Part shown: positions 59,838-64,000 of the stretch, one piece after another
How the letters are laid out: each line of letters opens with the position of its first letter
Position numbering within the stretch: position 1 is the stretch's first letter
Origin: an uncultured Gammaproteobacteria bacterium
GTDB lineage: Bacteria; Pseudomonadota; Gammaproteobacteria; Pseudomonadales; Azotimanducaceae
Direction: 5' to 3'
Assembly (NCBI GenBank): GCA_913043815.1
Contig: CAJWNY010000003.1
Span: 7,194 to 71,193 of the forward strand
Length of the DNA stretch: 64,000 nucleotides
The notes under the pieces: generated by a model
What the model saw: the letters and a program-made list of their open reading frames with translations, nothing else
Told to the model about the DNA's origin: nothing
Databases searched by the model: none
Translations under genes and position numbers: made by a program

Positions 59838-60752
59838 GTGAAAATCGCCACTGAACAAACTGCTGGAAAAGATTTAATGCAAGATGTGTTGAGTCGTATT
59901 TTGCGAATATTACCTGTCATGCCTACCATTGATTGGAACGTCGCTACCGCGGCCGTATGGCAGCGCGGGCGATGGCAGTCAGATTTCGTTGGGTTTCCTG
60001 AAACCCAGAGCCAAGCGTTGGACGATTTACTGCACATTGATGCCCAGAAGGCGTCATTGCAGCTTAACACCGCGCAATTTGTCGCCGGTCTTCCGGCTAA
60101 TAATGCACTGCTTTGGGGTGCTCGTGGTGCAGGGAAGTCATCCCTAATCCACGGTTTGTTGGAGGAATATGCCAAAAAAGGTTTGCGCTTGGTGGAGTTG
60201 CGTAAAGACGAGTTGCGGGAATTATCTGAGATTGTGGCGCGCCTGAGCGCAGAGCCTTATCGATTTATTGTGTTCTGCGACGATTTGTCATTTGAAGAAG
60301 ACGATGCTTCCTACAAAATCCTGAAAAGTGCCTTAGAGGGGTCCGTATTTAAGGGCGCTGCCAACGTCATTTTTTATGCTACCTCCAACAGGCGTCATTT
60401 GTTGCCAGAACGAGGCAGCGACAACAACAAAAGCGGTTTGGTTGACGGTGAGTTGCATCATGGAGAAGCGGTTGAAGAAAAGATCTCGCTTTCCGATAGG
60501 TTCGGTCTGTGGTTGTCGTTTTATCCTTTTCGCCAAGAAGCTTATGTGGATATGGCGGAGGTTTGGGTGCACAGATTGGTCGCGGACTACGACCCTAGCC
60601 AAATTGATCGGGAAGAATTTCAACGCGCAAGCTTTCGCCAAGATGCTTTGCGCTGGGCTTTGGCTCGGGGTGTGCGAAGCGGTCGTACGGCTTCGCATTT
60701 TGCACGCCACTGGGTGGGGCAAAAGTTGCTCGAAAGAAAAAGCGGCCAATAA
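59838..60752 (+). CDS. DUF815 family AAA+ ATP-binding protein
   Basis: PANNALLWGARGAGKSS, FCDDLSF, YATSNRRHL, EEKISLSDRFG, RSGRTA. Confidence 0.92.
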   Translation: MKIATEQTAGKDLMQDVLSRILRILPVMPTIDWNVATAAVWQRGRWQSDFVGFPETQSQALDDLLHIDAQKASLQLNTAQFVAGLPANNALLWGARGAGKSSLIHGLLEEYAKKGLRLVELRKDELRELSEIVARLSAEPYRFIVFCDDLSFEEDDASYKILKSALEGSVFKGAANVIFYATSNRRHLLPERGSDNNKSGLVDGELHHGEAVEEKISLSDRFGLWLSFYPFRQEAYVDMAEVWVHRLVADYDPSQIDREEFQRASFRQDALRWALARGVRSGRTASHFARHWVGQKLLERKSGQ

Positions 60753-60873
60753 GCCAGCCTCAACGTAAGCGTCAAAGAGAGTAGAGATGGCAAAAAATGA
60801 CTGATAACCCGATTACACGATGCAAAGTTAAAATTAACAATCAATGGTTAAAGCCCATACTAGGAAAAAGTAA

Positions 60874-61878
60874 ATGACTCGCTATTTTTTGCTGCTCTTG
60901 CTTAGTATTATCTTCTCCAGAATGGCGCTCGGAGACACAGTTGTTGTAGAAAACGGTGATGTTTTAACGGGTGAGGTAGACAGTATTGCGGGAGGTAGGC
61001 TGATTTTATCTACTGCCTATGCAGGCGATATATCTATAGATATGGCTGCAATTCGCGAAATAGAGACCGAGGCCGACTTCACCCTACGTTTAAATGACAA
61101 GCGAGTTGTGGGTCGCTTTGCAGTTGTCGATGGCGTGCCTGTTGTGATTACGGCCGACACTAATTTAGCGTTCGCAATGAACGATCTGCGGTTAGCGAGT
61201 AAAAGAAACCTTGCGTTAGCTTCTTTAGGTATCGAATGGAATTCTCGGGTAGATCTGGCATTGGCTCTATCGTCCGGAAACTCTACTGCTGAAAGCTACA
61301 ATACGTTGATAGAGTCAGAATTTAAGCGAGACAGAACTGCCCAGCAGATTACCTTGCTAGTCAATACCGAAGACAGCGACGGGCTTAAGACTAAGGATCA
61401 GTTGGATTTGGATTATGGTTTGAAGCTGTTTATGACTGACCAGTGGTTTAGCTCTGCCAACGCAGAATATTTTAGTGACCCGCTAAAAGATGTGGATCAG
61501 CGTATTAGCATCGGTATTGGTGCCGGTTATCAGTTTGTTAATAATAGTTTAGGTGCGTTTTCCACTGAACTGGGACTCAGCGCGGTTCAAGAGCAGTTAG
61601 ATGGTGATGATGAGGTGAGTCCGGCTATCAGGTGGGGTCTAGATTATAACCGCTACTTTTTTGCCAAGCGCGTTGAGTTATTTCACCGCCAGAGCCTGTT
61701 GATTATTCCAGAAGATGACCGAGGACAAGTCCTGTCTAGCTCCTCGGGGTTGCGCTATGCACTCAACCATAGAATTGATACGGCGTTTCGTCTCGATCTT
61801 AACTATGAATCCGACCCTATTCCTGGAAATGAAAATGCAGATACTACTTACACTTTGGGTTTAGGCATCCGTTTTTAA
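60874..61878 (+). CDS. DUF481/YdiY-like outer-membrane beta-barrel protein
   Basis: Signal peptide, NGDVLTG, SGNS, G.GAGYQF, terminal LGIRF. Confidence 0.85.
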   Translation: MTRYFLLLLLSIIFSRMALGDTVVVENGDVLTGEVDSIAGGRLILSTAYAGDISIDMAAIREIETEADFTLRLNDKRVVGRFAVVDGVPVVITADTNLAFAMNDLRLASKRNLALASLGIEWNSRVDLALALSSGNSTAESYNTLIESEFKRDRTAQQITLLVNTEDSDGLKTKDQLDLDYGLKLFMTDQWFSSANAEYFSDPLKDVDQRISIGIGAGYQFVNNSLGAFSTELGLSAVQEQLDGDDEVSPAIRWGLDYNRYFFAKRVELFHRQSLLIIPEDDRGQVLSSSSGLRYALNHRIDTAFRLDLNYESDPIPGNENADTTYTLGLGIRF

Positions 61879-61927
61879 GTAAAAGTGCTCTAAATTCGGT
61901 TTCACGCAAAATAGATACAGCGATTAC

Positions 61928-61963
61928 TTGACGTGCGCGAGTCTGGTTCATAGAATTCGCGCC
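61928..61963 (+). promoter_or_regulatory. Stable-RNA sigma70 promoter with GC-rich discriminator
   Basis: TTGACG-17 bp-TAGAAT-TCGCGCC upstream of the tRNA. Confidence 0.8.
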
Positions 61964-62004
61964 TTCTTCAGACAGCGGTGTCGCGAAGCGTCCGAAGAAG
62001 ATTA

Positions 62005-62080
<76 letters not shown>

Positions 62081-62087
62081 TATTGGG

Positions 62088-62122
62088 AAGCCCTCTAAGA
62101 CTTATTTCTTAGAGGGCTTTTT
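62088..62122. terminator. Rho-independent terminator after the tRNA
   Basis: 13-bp perfect stem AAGCCCTCTAAGA/TCTTAGAGGGCTT plus T tract. Confidence 0.85.
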
Positions 62123-62199
62123 CATTTTTAAGCCCCTTACTTCTCAATCTGATTAATGGAATGCCCTCACTTATCCTGCGGCCTTAACTTCCGTTGAGC

Positions 62200-63669
62200 T
62201 TACGTTTCGCTGCCATTGCGAATGATCTGAATATAACCGCGTACACCCTGGGCAAAGTTCCTCACCGTTATTTTTTCATTGGTACCGTGGAAGCCGGTAA
62301 GGTCATGAGAGGCTAAAACAAATGGATTAAAGCGGTAAGCATTATTCGCTACTTGCCCATAATGTTTGCTATCAGAGCCAGCAATCATGAGGCCCGGTGC
62401 CACGGCAATATCGCCGTAAATCTCGCGCATGCTCTGAACAATATCCCCATAACCTTTGGCGTTCCAGTCTGATACGGTCGAGGCGTTGATGCCGCCTCGC
62501 GTTCGAACGCTGATTGTGTCGCTTGCCACAAGTTGTGTCACATAGTCTTCAATACTCCGCATGTTATCTCTGGGGTGAATTCTAAAGTTCACTGTAGCAA
62601 TGGCCTCGATAGGCAAAACATTGGTCTTAATGCTGCCGGACAACATTGTAGGCGCGGTAGTTGTACGCAGCATGGCATTGGTGGTGGCTGAGGCGCTGAG
62701 CTGTTGGTCTATCACTAAACCGAAGAGCCATTGGTTGGCGAAGAGACTGCGCATAGTGAAGGGCATATAACGGCTAACGTTGTCGAACATCGCTGTGCTC
62801 AGGCCGCTCAATCCACCGGGTACCGGGTTGTCTTGAAGTTTGGTAATAGCTTTGGCTAAGTCGCCAACAGCATTTTTCTGAGGCGGCATTGAGGAGTGGC
62901 CGCCGGGCGCGGTTGCGACAATATCCAGGGTAATGCTGCCTTTCTCGGCAACATTTATAGACGCCATCAAGCTGTCTAGGCCAGGAAAAATGCCATCGAA
63001 AACAAAGGAACCCTCGTCTAGCGACCAAGCTAATTGAACGCCTTGTTCTTTGAGTAGGGCGGTTACGGCTCCGGCACCATTACGGCCACCAATTTCTTCG
63101 TCGTGACCAAAACTTAAGTAAACTGTTCTTTGGGGTTTAAAGCCTTGTTCCAGCAGGTAGGTCACAGCCTGCAAAATACCGACAACGCCACTTTTGTCGT
63201 CTAGTGCCCCTCGGCCCCAAATAACCCCATCTACAATGTTGCCGGAGAATGGAGGTTGCTGCCAGTTTTTTTCAGAGCCCGGAATGACGGGCACAACGTC
63301 ATAGTGGCCGGTGATCAGAATAGGTTTCAAGGCGTCATCAGACCCTTGCCATTTGTAAAGCATTGACTGATTCACGAGTACAAGTTCTAAGACTTGATTG
63401 ACTTGGGGGTAGGTTGCTACTACCCAGTCTAAAAAATTACTGAATTCTTGGTTTTGCTTACCAGGGGCGGCTTGATAAGAAACTGTTTTAAAGCGGATGG
63501 CGGCGGCTAGGTTGGCTGCCAACTTGGCCTCGTCTAACTGGATATTTACTTCGGCGATGTTAATAAAAGGTGGCCGCGTGTGGTTGAGCGTTCTAACCAC
63601 AACGATTGCCGAAATGGCAACTGTCAGCGTAATTATGGCGGCCGCTGCGTTTTTAATGATTTTTTTCAC
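62200..63669 (-). CDS. M20 family peptidase (carboxypeptidase S / PM20D1-like)
   Basis: GHYDVVP, WGRGALDDK, GHDEE, LDEG, GGHSS, GFHGTNE; N-terminal anchor. Confidence 0.92.
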   Translation of the reverse strand: MKKIIKNAAAAIITLTVAISAIVVVRTLNHTRPPFINIAEVNIQLDEAKLAANLAAAIRFKTVSYQAAPGKQNQEFSNFLDWVVATYPQVNQVLELVLVNQSMLYKWQGSDDALKPILITGHYDVVPVIPGSEKNWQQPPFSGNIVDGVIWGRGALDDKSGVVGILQAVTYLLEQGFKPQRTVYLSFGHDEEIGGRNGAGAVTALLKEQGVQLAWSLDEGSFVFDGIFPGLDSLMASINVAEKGSITLDIVATAPGGHSSMPPQKNAVGDLAKAITKLQDNPVPGGLSGLSTAMFDNVSRYMPFTMRSLFANQWLFGLVIDQQLSASATTNAMLRTTTAPTMLSGSIKTNVLPIEAIATVNFRIHPRDNMRSIEDYVTQLVASDTISVRTRGGINASTVSDWNAKGYGDIVQSMREIYGDIAVAPGLMIAGSDSKHYGQVANNAYRFNPFVLASHDLTGFHGTNEKITVRNFAQGVRGYIQIIRNGSET

Positions 63670-63964
63670 TAAGGTCCTCTCCTGACCGTTCTTGCTGGCA
63701 TTGCTATCAGCCTATGCCGAGTTGTTTTAAATATTCCTTTTGGCAAATGTCACTTGCCCTAGTGATCTACCTTGCCCCGACGCTACGCCGGTTAAAACAT
63801 TTAGGTTTTATGCTTGTGTGGTCGATTTATTGGTGCTTCTAGCTTATCGGACATACTAAATTTTTCTAGTTGAGGAAATGCATCCGTTTAGAAAGCCCCA
63901 GTTTTGTTAGCGCTTACTTTTCGTTAGGAGTAGTGTTCCCAATTTATAGCACGGAGAGCTGGCC

Positions 63965-64000
63965 ATGACTGAAGATTTAATCACTCGTGCGACGGGTGGT
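63965..64000 (+). CDS. 5' fragment of a gene running off the window (possibly GFA family)
   Basis: GGAGAG RBS, MTEDLITRATGG; GFA proteins typically continue with CxCG, which is not visible here. Confidence 0.4.
   Translation, partial: MTEDLITRATGG

Overview
A 64-kb chromosomal segment with about 49 intact CDS and one tRNA-Glu(TTC). No IS element, integrase, prophage or CRISPR array was seen. Gene content (prc, pdxH, FKBP PPIase, DUF815, DUF481, DUF3604, DUF5916) suggests a marine heterotrophic Gammaproteobacterium (inference). Acyl-CoA/lipid catabolism dominates: 4 crotonases, 2 acyl-CoA ligases, 2 acyl-CoA dehydrogenases, a thiolase, a CoA-transferase, a Nudix hydrolase, SDRs and 2 probable F420-dependent LLMs. 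The best candidate for an undescribed system is the 5.9-12.7 kb cluster. It has a 103-aa tandem desulforedoxin-like protein followed by an adenylate-forming ligase, then an antisense, circularly permuted crotonase. That crotonase sits back-to-back with a similarly permuted class III CoA-transferase (their likely ATGs share one CATG), followed by a coupled amidohydrolase. Other highlights, the first missing from the ORF track: a decayed Qnr-like pentapeptide-repeat pseudogene, a FusB/FBP zinc-finger gene, a stand-alone TGS-less ThrRS, a minimal J-domain protein, two secreted proteins with anomalous starts (ATC codon; -1 frameshift), and about 47% TAG stop codons. All family calls come from motif recognition by eye; no searches were run.
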